Source: Candidatus Thorarchaeota archaeon | Lineage (GTDB): Archaea; Asgardarchaeota; Thorarchaeia; Thorarchaeales; Thorarchaeaceae | Direction: 5' to 3' | Assembly (NCBI GenBank): GCA_048884785.1 | Contig: JBHLQM010000019.1 | Location: 13,772-51,903 of the forward strand | DNA: 38,132 nt | Shown here: one piece after another, positions 28,324 to 38,057 of the stretch | Layout: every line of letters begins with the position of its first letter | Position numbering within the stretch: the first letter of the stretch is position 1 | Program-made: the position numbers and the translations under genes | Notes under the pieces: model-generated | Told to the model about the DNA's origin: nothing | What the model saw: the letters and a program-made list of their open reading frames with translations, nothing else | Database searches by the model: none

Positions 28324-28821
28324 ATGACCCGATATGTCAAGGTTGCTTTGATGGGTTCCGGATATGCAGGGAAATCCACTCTGATCAAACTACTCACTGA
28401 TAGGACTGCGAAACTGGAAACCAACTACAAACCCACTCCAGGTATGGATTGTGGCACTATAACAATTGACGATTCGACAAAGGTGTCCCTTGTAGAGATG
28501 GGTGGTCAGACACATTTCGAATTCATGTGGCCGGACCTGTTACGAGGAAGTAGATTAGTCTTAGTTGTCACTGAGAGCACTCCTAAGGCTGTACTCAAGA
28601 CAAGACAACTCTTGCATAAATACCAAGAGCAACTACAGAATGTTCAGCTAATTGCAATTGCAAATAAGCAAGATATACCCGGATCAATGAAACCTGAATC
28701 AGTTCAGGATTTGCTTGGAATACCAACGTATGGCATGGTTGCAATTGACCCCAAACAGAGACTAAATGGATACAAGTTGATAGTCCAAGGTCTGTCCGAT
28801 TTGGTAGCGGCCAGTGCATAG
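28324..28821 (+). CDS. Small Ras-superfamily GTPase (Arf/MglA-like)
   Basis: G1 GSGYAGKST, G2 PT, G3 EMGGQ, G4 NKQD; 165 aa. Confidence 0.9.
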   Translation: MTRYVKVALMGSGYAGKSTLIKLLTDRTAKLETNYKPTPGMDCGTITIDDSTKVSLVEMGGQTHFEFMWPDLLRGSRLVLVVTESTPKAVLKTRQLLHKYQEQLQNVQLIAIANKQDIPGSMKPESVQDLLGIPTYGMVAIDPKQRLNGYKLIVQGLSDLVAASA

Positions 28822-28867
28822 AGTCAATTTAACAAGCAGGTATCTCCACTGGACCAAACCCTAAGTC

Positions 28868-28977
28868 TTTTATACAAACATTAACCTGCTCACATTGCCC
28901 AGGACACGGGCGATCGAGCTGATTGGCGAAAAATTCAGCCTCTTAGCGAGTCCGTCCGGGAACAGTGTCTTTTGGGT
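28868..28977 (+). promoter_or_regulatory. TATA (TTTTATAC, 28868-28875) and structured 5' leader (28897-28977) of the rpoD operon
   Basis: Nested pairings GCCCA/TGGGT, GGACAC/GTGTCT, GGGC/GTCC, TCG/CGA, GCTGA/TCAGC. Confidence 0.55.
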
Positions 28978-29004
28978 GTAATTACCACCAAGGTTCGTGA
29001 TGCG

Positions 29005-29805
29005 ATGGAAATCACAATTATTCACAAGGGTGAGAATGAAATACGTTTCCTCTTAGAAGGCGTTGATGTATCATTTGCAAATGCTATTCGGAGGACAATG
29101 CTGACAAGATTACCCGCAATGGCAATTGATGAAGTACTCGTTCTTGAGAATACTAGTGTCATGTATGACGAGATGCTGGCACATCGCCTAGGACTAATCC
29201 CTTTGACCACAATGCTTGATGATTATAATCTGCCGGATGAGTGTGATTGTGAAGGAAAGGGATGCAGTCTTTGTCAATGTACACTCACACTTGAGAAAGA
29301 GGCTGGCGATATTGATGAAGTCATATATTCTCGCGACCTCACGTCACAGGACCCGAAGGTAGTTCCCGCCTCAGGCGACATTCCTCTAGTAAAACTTGCA
29401 CCACACCAACGAGTAATAATAGAAGCCTATGCTAGGCTCGGGCGAGGTGTTGAGAATGCCAAGTTTCAACCAGTTTCCACAGTATCATACAAGTACGTTC
29501 CACTCGTTACCGTTGACAAATCCAAATGTAATCAATGCGGCGACTGTGTGGAGGTCTGTCCAAAGAAGATTCTGAGGCTTGATGGTGACACAATTGCTAC
29601 ACAGAATACCCTAGATTGTTCTCTCTGTGAAGCCTGTGTTGAAGAGTGTGAACCCGGAGCCATTACAATCGACTCCAAATCAAACAGTTTCCTGTTCAAA
29701 GTGGAGTCTACAGGTGCACTACCTCCTGAGGAAATTGTAGTCAAATCGGCAGAACTTCTCAAGGAGAGAGTCCAAGTGGCTCTTGACTTTGCAAACTCAC
29801 TGTGA
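29005..29805 (+). CDS. rpoD: RNA polymerase subunit D (Rpo3) with a ferredoxin-like 2x[4Fe-4S] domain
   Basis: FANAIRR, NTSVMYDEMLAHRLGLIPL, CNQCGDCVEVCP, CSLCEACVEEC, VESTGALPP. Confidence 0.97.
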   Translation: MEITIIHKGENEIRFLLEGVDVSFANAIRRTMLTRLPAMAIDEVLVLENTSVMYDEMLAHRLGLIPLTTMLDDYNLPDECDCEGKGCSLCQCTLTLEKEAGDIDEVIYSRDLTSQDPKVVPASGDIPLVKLAPHQRVIIEAYARLGRGVENAKFQPVSTVSYKYVPLVTVDKSKCNQCGDCVEVCPKKILRLDGDTIATQNTLDCSLCEACVEECEPGAITIDSKSNSFLFKVESTGALPPEEIVVKSAELLKERVQVALDFANSL

Positions 29806-29818
29806 AGGAGCCAGAAAA

Positions 29819-30181
29819 ATGGTACAGTCTGGAGCAACTGACCCAAATACACGCGCACTGATTAATGCGCTACAAAAGACATCAACTAAACACAATGTCA
29901 AAGTATGGAAGAGAGTGGCTGAACTATTGGCCCGTCCAACGCGAAAACGCGCTACAGTCAATGTTGGCAAAATTGGTCGCTATACCAATGATGGCGACGT
30001 TGTCGTAGTGCCTGGAAAAGTCCTCGGTTCAGGTAATTTACCTCACAAAGTCACTGTAGCAGCGCTTAATGCGTCTGCAAGTGCAAGATCTGTGATTGTA
30101 GGCGCCGGAGGCTCACTAATATCAATTAATGAACTTCTATCAAAAGAACCGAAGGGAAAAGGAATTCTGATAATCACATAG
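29819..30181 (+). CDS. rpl18e: 50S ribosomal protein L18e
   Basis: VWKRVA, VNVGKI, VVPGKVLGSG. Confidence 0.96.
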   Translation: MVQSGATDPNTRALINALQKTSTKHNVKVWKRVAELLARPTRKRATVNVGKIGRYTNDGDVVVVPGKVLGSGNLPHKVTVAALNASASARSVIVGAGGSLISINELLSKEPKGKGILIIT

Positions 30182-30190
30182 GTGGTCAAG

Positions 30191-30643
30191 ATGAGCGAAA
30201 ACAACATTATGATATATGATGCAGAAAACATGGTTATTGGCCGCCTTGGATCAAAGGCCGCAAAGGCAGCTTTACTTGGTAACAAAGTTGTCATTGTGAA
30301 TGTTGAGAAGGCAATAATAACAGGCAATCGACGCACAGTCATTAATGCATGGAAGAGCAGATATAACATCAGAACCTCAACAAACCCATTGAGGGGCCCA
30401 CTCCATCAGAGACGTCCCGATAAATTGGTACGCAGAGCTATTCGTGGGATGCTACCTTGGCCCAGGCCGCGTGGCAGAGATGCTTACAAACTAATCAACG
30501 TCTACATTGGTGTCCCGGAGGAGTATGCAGACAAAGAGAAGATAGTGCTGGATGGCTCACAATATCAAAGTCTGAGAAGAAAGTACATCACTATAGCAGA
30601 CCTGAGCTATGAGTTGGGCTGGCGGAATCCGGAGGTAGTATAG
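30191..30643 (+). CDS. rpl13: 50S ribosomal protein L13 (uL13)
   Basis: DAENMVIGRL, RRAIRGMLP. Confidence 0.96.
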   Translation: MSENNIMIYDAENMVIGRLGSKAAKAALLGNKVVIVNVEKAIITGNRRTVINAWKSRYNIRTSTNPLRGPLHQRRPDKLVRRAIRGMLPWPRPRGRDAYKLINVYIGVPEEYADKEKIVLDGSQYQSLRRKYITIADLSYELGWRNPEVV

Positions 30644-30644
30644 A

Positions 30645-31043
30645 ATGCGCGTAGTAGTATCAACAGGAAAGCGCAAGACATCACTTGCAAAAGCAACCGT
30701 GAAAAATGGATCTGGCAGAATCCGAGTAAATGGACAACCTCTGGAAATAATACAGCCAGAGATGTCCCGTCTTAGGATTATGGAACCATTGATAATCTTC
30801 GGTGAAGGATGGAAAAGATACGACATCAGCATCCGAGTTCGTGGTGGCGGTTTCATGAGTCAGGCCGATGCAGTCAGAATGGCGATTGCAACTGGTCTCT
30901 TCAAAATGAGCCAAGACTTCGAGGCCCGGTCAAGGATGTTAGAACACGATAGGACTATGCTAGTTGGTGATCCTCGACGAACAGAACCCAAGAAGTTTGG
31001 TGGACCTTCAGCACGGTCAAGATATCAGAAATCATACAGGTAG
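30645..31043 (+). CDS. rps9: 30S ribosomal protein S9 (uS9)
   Basis: [30 protein letters not shown]. Confidence 0.98.
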   Translation: MRVVVSTGKRKTSLAKATVKNGSGRIRVNGQPLEIIQPEMSRLRIMEPLIIFGEGWKRYDISIRVRGGGFMSQADAVRMAIATGLFKMSQDFEARSRMLEHDRTMLVGDPRRTEPKKFGGPSARSRYQKSYR

Positions 31044-31053
31044 GCGATATGAA

Positions 31054-31272
31054 ATGATAATACCCGTACGTTGTTTTACTTGCGGCAAGGTGATTGCTGA
31101 CAAATATGAACAATTCAAGCGTGAGGTACGTCAAGGTGAAGACCCTGCTGTCGTCCTAGATCGCTTGGGATTTAGTAGATACTGTTGTCGCAGGATGTTA
31201 CTGTCGCACATTGACATTATTGACAGCTTCATGGCATTTGCAACGACTGATAGCGCGGAGGCTAGGCAATGA
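31054..31272 (+). CDS. rpoN: RNA polymerase subunit N (Rpo10)
   Basis: [12 protein letters not shown]...[11 protein letters not shown]. Confidence 0.97.
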   Translation: MIIPVRCFTCGKVIADKYEQFKREVRQGEDPAVVLDRLGFSRYCCRRMLLSHIDIIDSFMAFATTDSAEARQ

Positions 31273-31907
31273 TTGGTGAAGGCGAAATTTCAGAAGCAGA
31301 CCTATTGACGCCCATGGACAAGTATCTAGCTGCAGGCTGCCACATTGGCACCCAAGTAAAGACACAAGACATGGAGCCATTTGTATACAGACAGAGACCC
31401 ATCGGTCTCTATGTACTAGATGTGAGAAAAACAGATGAGCGAATTAGAGTGGCTGCCAAACTTATCTCGAGGACTGATCCGGATAAGATAGTCATTGTTT
31501 CAGGCCGTGTATATGGCAAACGTCCAGTACAGGCCTTTGCTCATTATATTGGTGCACATGCATTCACTGATAGATTTATTCCAGGAACGCTTACCAACCC
31601 AAGTATTGCGGGTCCGCGTGTGTACATCGAACCAGAACTCGTTATACTCACAGACCCCCGTACCGACCAACAGGCTCTATCTGAGGCCGCACGGATTGGG
31701 GTGCCAGTAATCGGACTATGTGACACCGATAACGTGACTACAAATGTTGACCTCGTAATACCTTCCAACAATCGTGGTCGAAAGGCATTGGCTTTGATAT
31801 ACTTCTTGCTAGCAAGACAGGTTTTGCGAGAGCGCGGCGAAATAACTTCTGAAGGTGAAGCAGCATTCACTGCAGAGGACTTTGAACCGCAGGGTCAGAA
31901 GTTCTAG
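31269..31907 (+). CDS. rps2: 30S ribosomal protein S2 (uS2)
   Basis: [30 protein letters not shown]. Confidence 0.97.
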   Translation: MIGEGEISEADLLTPMDKYLAAGCHIGTQVKTQDMEPFVYRQRPIGLYVLDVRKTDERIRVAAKLISRTDPDKIVIVSGRVYGKRPVQAFAHYIGAHAFTDRFIPGTLTNPSIAGPRVYIEPELVILTDPRTDQQALSEAARIGVPVIGLCDTDNVTTNVDLVIPSNNRGRKALALIYFLLARQVLRERGEITSEGEAAFTAEDFEPQGQKF

Positions 31908-31914
31908 TATCTAA

Positions 31915-32301
31915 TCAATTTGTAATTGAAATGACGCCGTTATCGGCGTCTATCTCTACTTTTTGTCCCGTCTTCAAATTCTCTGTGTCAATCTGGTCGA
32001 TTGCAGGGATATCTGATATAATACACCCAACAGCAACAATTGGATCGGTTGCCTTATTGACTATTGCAAGAGGGGCTTTTCCTGCCTTGCTTAATGAATA
32101 GAGGACATATGATCCAACAGTGGAACCCTTTCCAGTTGGGAAGACCAAGATTTTGCCAGATATGGATTGTCCTTCTAATTGATGGCCCTTTTCAACAATG
32201 ACGCCTGTTTCGGGGTCACAGCCTCCGTAGAATGAAATATCATCCGATGTTGCAAGAACTTCTCCTCTCACCTTGCCACCAAAAATCTTTCTTCCTTTCA
32301 T
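31915..32301 (-). CDS. Phosphomevalonate dehydratase small subunit (aconitase X swivel, DUF126)
   Basis: ISFYGGCDPETG, GKILVFPTGKGSTVGS; in operon with mvk. Confidence 0.88.
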   Translation of the reverse strand: MKGRKIFGGKVRGEVLATSDDISFYGGCDPETGVIVEKGHQLEGQSISGKILVFPTGKGSTVGSYVLYSLSKAGKAPLAIVNKATDPIVAVGCIISDIPAIDQIDTENLKTGQKVEIDADNGVISITN

Positions 32302-33485
32302 GACGTCGCCTCCCTGATACATTCTTCTATTGTTCGTATCTCTGTTCTGAACTCATTCTTTCCACGTGCATAGAAACACGCCTTTGCCGAGTCTGTCATA
32401 AGACCCTTGAATCGTCCCTTTAGGGGTGCAACTGCACAACAGGCATCGCTAACAAGGAAGGCTCCTGCTCTCTCTATCTTGTCATAGTATCCCATCTTCT
32501 TGGCCAAATCCTTTGTAGGTCTAGCTGTAGTAATCCAGACAGTCTTGCCATTGACAACCTCTTTTCCATCAAGCATTTCTGCTATCTCAGCAATCTCCTT
32601 GATGCTGGCATGCGGACATCCGATACTAATGAAATCAATCTCAGCATTTTCATCATCGAGAGACTTTCTTGCCTGGTCTAAGTCCGTCTTAGTGACGATT
32701 TCAGTTTCATCAGGAATAGCAGTCCTGTTTGGTGTAATCCCCTCCATGTGGAAGATGGCAACTCCACCATAGGTCGCGATTGAAGCGCAGAAGGATTTCA
32801 ACTCTTCAGATGTAGCATGAGGTATCCCCGTAATATAGGGGATTGCTTTTCTTGTACGTTCTCCGATTACCTGACCAAGTAGTCCGAAATCGTCTGTATT
32901 CCTTAATTCTGCTTTCACCTCATATTTCACTTGAGCAATCCTATTCTTGTCCAGATGAAATTCATACTCTGCAGTTCTCCCAGTGAGCGCAGCAGCAAGT
33001 GCACTTGGCCCTCCTTCCCTGTTGGTATATGCCCCAATCACTGAGTTGGCAAAACATACAGCTGATGACTCTGCCCATGCGATATGCTCTCCAAAGTGTG
33101 GGAGGTTTCCGATTAGGTATGGTGTACATGTGCAAGTCGTAATAACTCCCATTCTCTCGAAGGCATCTACAACTCTCTGTTGATTGACAGCAAAGTCTTC
33201 GCTGATGCCATGTTTCTTCCATTCTTCTAGGTCCATTCCCGCTGGATTGAGGGTAGTCAACACTCTGACCTTGCCGTCAGTGGCCATATCAGCAAGATAG
33301 TCCAGCCCGGCTTCTCCTAGATTATGATACGAAACTCCAGCAATCTGAACACTCGAAACAGGTATGAGTCGTTCAGCACCATAAATCTCACCGAGATTGA
33401 TGATTAAATCGAGCGCTTTCTTGGTCGCTCTCCCATATTTTCCCTCAAGCATTCTTTTCTCTTCAGAAGTTAAATGAAGTCCCAT
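32298..33485 (-). CDS. Phosphomevalonate dehydratase large subunit (aconitase X, DUF521); start may be 33491
   Basis: TCTCTPY, AWAESSA, NSVIGAYTNRE, IGCPH, DACC, TDSAKA. Confidence 0.9.
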   Translation of the reverse strand: MGLHLTSEEKRMLEGKYGRATKKALDLIINLGEIYGAERLIPVSSVQIAGVSYHNLGEAGLDYLADMATDGKVRVLTTLNPAGMDLEEWKKHGISEDFAVNQQRVVDAFERMGVITTCTCTPYLIGNLPHFGEHIAWAESSAVCFANSVIGAYTNREGGPSALAAALTGRTAEYEFHLDKNRIAQVKYEVKAELRNTDDFGLLGQVIGERTRKAIPYITGIPHATSEELKSFCASIATYGGVAIFHMEGITPNRTAIPDETEIVTKTDLDQARKSLDDENAEIDFISIGCPHASIKEIAEIAEMLDGKEVVNGKTVWITTARPTKDLAKKMGYYDKIERAGAFLVSDACCAVAPLKGRFKGLMTDSAKACFYARGKNEFRTEIRTIEECIREATS

Positions 33486-33490
33486 TCTCA

Positions 33491-34795
33491 TCACCCCATG
33501 AACTTGTCAAGGTCAACGGTTGGGAATTCTGCCTTGTTGAAACTCTTTCCCTTAGTTTCCAGTGGCTTCGTACAATCAAATCCGACCTTTGTAGTCATCT
33601 TGGTCTCTGGTTCCGCACTTGGATCCAAGCTCGACCCTGGTTCCTTATCTTTTATCAAGAGGTCTTCATCAGCTTGAAACCTTGTTGCCAATGCCCACTC
33701 TCGCTCTTCCTCGTTATATATGTCAATGTCGTCATCGTATACCCAGACATGCTTTGCACTTGTATGCCCTGCAAAAGCAGCCTCAATTGCTTTCAAGCCG
33801 TCATCATCATTTTGTTTCTTTAGTTTCACCGCAACATGGAGCCAGCTGGCTCCACCTGGCGTAATGTTGACGTCCAAGACATTGATGCCGCGCTCCTTTA
33901 TTTTTCTAAAGATAGTTGGTTCACGCGGCATTCCCATGAGGATTTTATGCTCAGATCTCCCGGGCAAGAGTCCCTGCCATATTGCGGTCTTCCTATGTGT
34001 GATCTTCTTGACCTCAAAAATTGGCTCTTCGCGAATCACATCAACAGTTTCAGTGAGATCTATGAACGGGCCTTCAGCATGTCTTTCCTCAAGATACATT
34101 CTTCCTTCGAGAACAAACTCACAATCTGCAGGTATTCTCAGATCAACTGTCTTTGCCTTTGTAACATTGAAGGACTTCAATGCATTACCAATCTCGAGTT
34201 CATCAACTCCGGTCTCAACAGAGGTGGCTGCAGCTATCAGAATCTCTGGAGTATTACCTATGCAAAAGGCAACGTCTACTTCTCCATTTCTCTCCAAGAA
34301 TTTTGCAAAGTCACGTCCACTTACCACTCTTGCAACCATCTTGTTCTTTTCAAGCTGCATAGCACGATGGAAATCTAGATTCTGACCGTACTCAGGATCC
34401 GAGGATACGACAACACCAGATGAGATGTACGGGCCTCCATCCACTTTATTGTGCAAAAGAATTGGTATCTTATTCAGGTCTACTTTATCCTCAACAACTT
34501 CTTGGCACGGTGCATCACGTGTTAGTTTAGGAGGACTACGATTCTCTATTGCATTTGCTAGAGTCGGAATTATCTCCTCAGTCTCTATTCCAAAATACTC
34601 TGCAATCTGGGTCTTAGTGCAGAAGAGATTGCCTGCAACTCTGAACTGAGACTCCTTTACATTTTCAAAGAGAACCGGGTTTGGTTCCAGTGATTTCAGG
34701 ACGCCTGCAATCTCAAAATTCTTCGAGATTGCTTTCTTTACAGTAGTCAGTTTACCTCTCTGATTCAATACCTTCAGATAGTCCTCAAGAATCAA
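33491..34795 (-). CDS. UbiD family decarboxylase, probable trans-anhydromevalonate 5-phosphate decarboxylase
   Basis: DGGPYI, EGPF, EH, DDDIDI, WALATRFQ, SSLDPS, KVGFDCT; TTG start after GGAGG; operon context. Confidence 0.88.
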   Translation of the reverse strand: MILEDYLKVLNQRGKLTTVKKAISKNFEIAGVLKSLEPNPVLFENVKESQFRVAGNLFCTKTQIAEYFGIETEEIIPTLANAIENRSPPKLTRDAPCQEVVEDKVDLNKIPILLHNKVDGGPYISSGVVVSSDPEYGQNLDFHRAMQLEKNKMVARVVSGRDFAKFLERNGEVDVAFCIGNTPEILIAAATSVETGVDELEIGNALKSFNVTKAKTVDLRIPADCEFVLEGRMYLEERHAEGPFIDLTETVDVIREEPIFEVKKITHRKTAIWQGLLPGRSEHKILMGMPREPTIFRKIKERGINVLDVNITPGGASWLHVAVKLKKQNDDDGLKAIEAAFAGHTSAKHVWVYDDDIDIYNEEEREWALATRFQADEDLLIKDKEPGSSLDPSAEPETKMTTKVGFDCTKPLETKGKSFNKAEFPTVDLDKFMG

Positions 34796-34809
34796 TTCTA
34801 TTCCTCCAA

Positions 34810-35751
34810 TCAAGCTCCAAATGAGGTCTTGATAACAAAGGCCGCTCCACCTTTCTCCAAAGCCTGTGCTATCTTATCCCTTGTAACTGTGTCGGAAGCA
34901 ATGGCAATCATGTTTCCGCCTCTTCCTGTTCCGGTCAACTTTGCTCCAAGAGCTCCATTATCTCTTGCTATTGTGACCAAATTATCTAGTTCCTCGCATG
35001 ACACTGTGAGTTCTTGAAGCAGTTCATGATTTCTGTTCATTAGATGTCCAATCTTTTCCAGTTTCAATGCTCTCAAAGCAGAAAGGGAATCTTTGACCAA
35101 GTGTTCGTATTCATTCGCTATTCGAGTGAACCACTTCGGATTGGCTTCCTTCTTTGCCCTTACATCTCCCACAACTTCTGTTGTACTGGCCGTAATCCCT
35201 GTTGATGCTATTATGAAATTGATAGACCCGTCAAGAGTGATAGGGCTGAAGGTTGGAGGTCCGCCATGTAGGTCTCTCACATACCACACCAGTCCGCCAT
35301 ACGTGGAAGCTGTATTATCAATTCCTGACGGTGTACCATGATAGCCTTTCTCTCCCTCAAAGGCAGCCTCATTTACTTCTGCATCACCCAGTCCAAGATT
35401 AAATTCTTCGTTGAGGGCTCTGGCCAATGATACACAGCTTGCTGCACTCGCCCCAAATCCCGATGCACATATCAAATCGCCTCCGAGTTCAATATGGATT
35501 CCCTGTCTAGAGGTATCAATTTTCAAATGCCGAAGTACATTGTTGATTGAAACTGTCTGCTCATCCATTTTCTGTTCTTTATACCCTTCAACTTCTGGTC
35601 TTCGATCGTCCAGTGTCCAACCTGATGAACTACTTCTGGTAACCTTCGCTAAAGTCACTGCATCGATTCCTACTGCAAGTGAAGGCAACCCATATACTAC
35701 GAAATGTTCACCAAATAAGATGCTCTTTCCATGACCTGATCCAACACCCAT
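34810..35751 (-). CDS. mvk: Mevalonate kinase
   Basis: GKSILFGEHFVVYG, SGFGASAA, HGTPSGID, GAKLTGTGRGG. Confidence 0.93.
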   Translation of the reverse strand: MGVGSGHGKSILFGEHFVVYGLPSLAVGIDAVTLAKVTRSSSSGWTLDDRRPEVEGYKEQKMDEQTVSINNVLRHLKIDTSRQGIHIELGGDLICASGFGASAASCVSLARALNEEFNLGLGDAEVNEAAFEGEKGYHGTPSGIDNTASTYGGLVWYVRDLHGGPPTFSPITLDGSINFIIASTGITASTTEVVGDVRAKKEANPKWFTRIANEYEHLVKDSLSALRALKLEKIGHLMNRNHELLQELTVSCEELDNLVTIARDNGALGAKLTGTGRGGNMIAIASDTVTRDKIAQALEKGGAAFVIKTSFGA

Positions 35752-35916
35752 TTGATCACTCTCAATCCAACGTTTGAACGGCTCGTATCAGCTCGATACT
35801 TTTGAACCCTTCCTTCGGCAAAACCAGAATCTCCCCCATCTGGTCATCATATAACAGACTTTTGATAAAGGATAGATGATTTGGAACACTCACGTAATAT
35901 CAGAGAAGTCAGTACG

Positions 35917-36885
35917 ATGTATAGGATTCTTGATCTGTTCTGTGGCGCAGGTGGTTTCTCCCATGGCTTTGTATCGGTCTTCGGAGGGACGCATCTAGCG
36001 GTTGATATCGACACCTTGCCATTGGAAACATACAAGGCCAACTTCTCTGACTCGCTGATTCTGCAGTGTGATATTGGAAGTCTGCATGCCAATGAGATTC
36101 TCGACATAATGAATGGGCCTCCAGACATTGTTATCGCCTCTCCGCCATGTGAGGAATTCAGTCTTGCAAACCCCGATAGCGATAGCCCAGCCGCGGAACG
36201 AATCTATGGTACTGGAACTGCACGTCTGCTGCTTGATACAATCCGATTAGTCAGCGACCTCTCACCGCGTATCTTTGTAATTGAGAATGTTGCTGCTCTC
36301 ATGATGGGCGGTGGAAAGGAGATTGTACAACGGGAGTTCAAAAGAGTCGGCATTGATGATGTGAAGTTCAATCTGGTTCGGTCCCACCTTCATGGAAACC
36401 CCTCAAAGAGAGTCAGGCTCTTCATCAGCAACATACGAATAAAACTACCAAAAAGAACTCCTCCCACAGTAATAGAAACGATCGGTGATCTTCCCCCACT
36501 TGGATTAGACTCACTATTCAATTATCATGAAGATATTCCCAATCACTCCTATACATCGGTAAGTGAGGACAAGATCAAACAAATACGGAAGGCAGTCTGG
36601 GGTCGAGGTGTTCGACATTTCAGAAGCGCTCAGAAGAAGACTCGGCCAAACTGGGTGCGTCTTCACCCAAACAAGGTGTCAACTTCAATCATAGGGCTTT
36701 CGAGGTATATCCACCCCTTTGAAGACAGGCTATTAACAGTGAGAGAACATGCAAGACTCATGTCATATCCAGACGACTTTATCTTCTTAGGTCACTCCGA
36801 GAGCCAATACAATCAAGTAGGAGAATCAGTACCACCACTCATATCGAGAGAAATCGCAGAGGAGGTCAAATTACATATTGACTGA
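35917..36885 (+). CDS. C5-cytosine methyltransferase (Dcm-like)
   Basis: DLFCGAGG, SPPC, ENV, RVR, IHP...RLLTVREHARLMSYPD, QVGESV. Confidence 0.92.
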   Translation: MYRILDLFCGAGGFSHGFVSVFGGTHLAVDIDTLPLETYKANFSDSLILQCDIGSLHANEILDIMNGPPDIVIASPPCEEFSLANPDSDSPAAERIYGTGTARLLLDTIRLVSDLSPRIFVIENVAALMMGGGKEIVQREFKRVGIDDVKFNLVRSHLHGNPSKRVRLFISNIRIKLPKRTPPTVIETIGDLPPLGLDSLFNYHEDIPNHSYTSVSEDKIKQIRKAVWGRGVRHFRSAQKKTRPNWVRLHPNKVSTSIIGLSRYIHPFEDRLLTVREHARLMSYPDDFIFLGHSESQYNQVGESVPPLISREIAEEVKLHID

Positions 36886-37342
36886 TATCAAAAAGAACCT
36901 GTTTGTCGTTCTTCACAATGTGCATTCAGTATCAAGGGTTGTTGAAACCGCACAAGTAGTATACGGACTTGACTATCAGAATTTCATAGTCACACGAGCA
37001 GAAGGCTCTGCTGCACAGTCCGGAGTCCCAGATGCAAATCGTCTAGCAATGAAACTCAACCATAATTTCATGGTTCTGCCCGATCTAAAGGACGCACTGG
37101 AGCTGCTACAAATAGAGAAACCAATAATGATTGTATCGCCAGTTCTTACAAAGGAACGACTTGATTTAGCGGCTCTTGAGAATCGTGCTAGGTCCGGAGA
37201 GAAAATCATAATTGCGCTCTCTGGAAGTAACAGTTCCTTCTCAAGAAAGGAAATGGACTTGGGTGAATGTTACAGTATTGATGCCGCAATTGACATAGGT
37301 CCTGCAGGCACTGCCGCAATAATCCTTCATGCTCTCAAGTAG
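36878..37342 (+). CDS. DUF2122-like protein (SPOUT/SpoU-like; often labelled 'RecB-family nuclease')
   Basis: VVLHNVHS, AEGSAAQSGVPDA, LPDLKDALELL, FSRKEMDLG; overlaps the MTase stop. Confidence 0.75.
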   Translation: MTDIKKNLFVVLHNVHSVSRVVETAQVVYGLDYQNFIVTRAEGSAAQSGVPDANRLAMKLNHNFMVLPDLKDALELLQIEKPIMIVSPVLTKERLDLAALENRARSGEKIIIALSGSNSSFSRKEMDLGECYSIDAAIDIGPAGTAAIILHALK

Positions 37343-37436
37343 TCTTAGAGTGCCTTCTCGGTTGCCCCTTTTTCTAGCAAAGGCATATGAACACAGTGAG
37401 CACTAATATTACCTGCTAATCTGTGGGGATGTTCGT

Positions 37437-38039
37437 TTGATAGCAGTCATTCTAATGATTGTCATAACGTGGTTACTCATAGGTGGGCATGCCAAAGACA
37501 AAACTGTGGTCCTGCTAGCCGTGGGCCTTCTCTCCTCATACATAGTTGCTGTGCTAGCAAGTATACTACCGATTCTAGATATTCCATTGGAGAATAATGA
37601 AGCAATACGAGTGTTCTCTCCGGCGGCGTTCCCCTTCAGCATTCAACAATACCGCAATTATGACGCAGGGCTCTTCAACTATACATTATCTCTTGGTTGG
37701 CCTCAAGGCTTCCCACTTATACAATCACCCATAATGGATGACCAGTCCGAATACATTCATTTCCAACATTATTCTATAGGGCTAACACTTGGTCTAATTC
37801 TTCTTCTAGGCGTTGTTCTTACAGTACTAGCTCTTCACTGGGCTGATACGAAACATGTTCTGGATAGAATCAAAAATCCCATTTCGCCAGTGTACGTTCT
37901 TTTTCTTCTTCAGCTGGCACTGATAATCCTAATAGTATCTCCACTTGCACTGGGTTCTCCCTACTTCTATGGCGGACTACTTGTGTTGCTGCTTACGTTT
38001 TATCCAACGATAAGACAATTTAGAAACAGAACACAATAA
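37437..38039 (+). CDS. Hypothetical multi-TM membrane protein
   Basis: About 5 hydrophobic segments. Confidence 0.65.
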   Translation: MIAVILMIVITWLLIGGHAKDKTVVLLAVGLLSSYIVAVLASILPILDIPLENNEAIRVFSPAAFPFSIQQYRNYDAGLFNYTLSLGWPQGFPLIQSPIMDDQSEYIHFQHYSIGLTLGLILLLGVVLTVLALHWADTKHVLDRIKNPISPVYVLFLLQLALIILIVSPLALGSPYFYGGLLVLLLTFYPTIRQFRNRTQ

Positions 38040-38057
38040 TTCACTAAAAACAGGAGA

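Noticed and set aside
29510-29660. Ferredoxin-like domain in RpoD as an unusual fusion
   Set aside because: Known feature of many archaeal Rpo3 subunits
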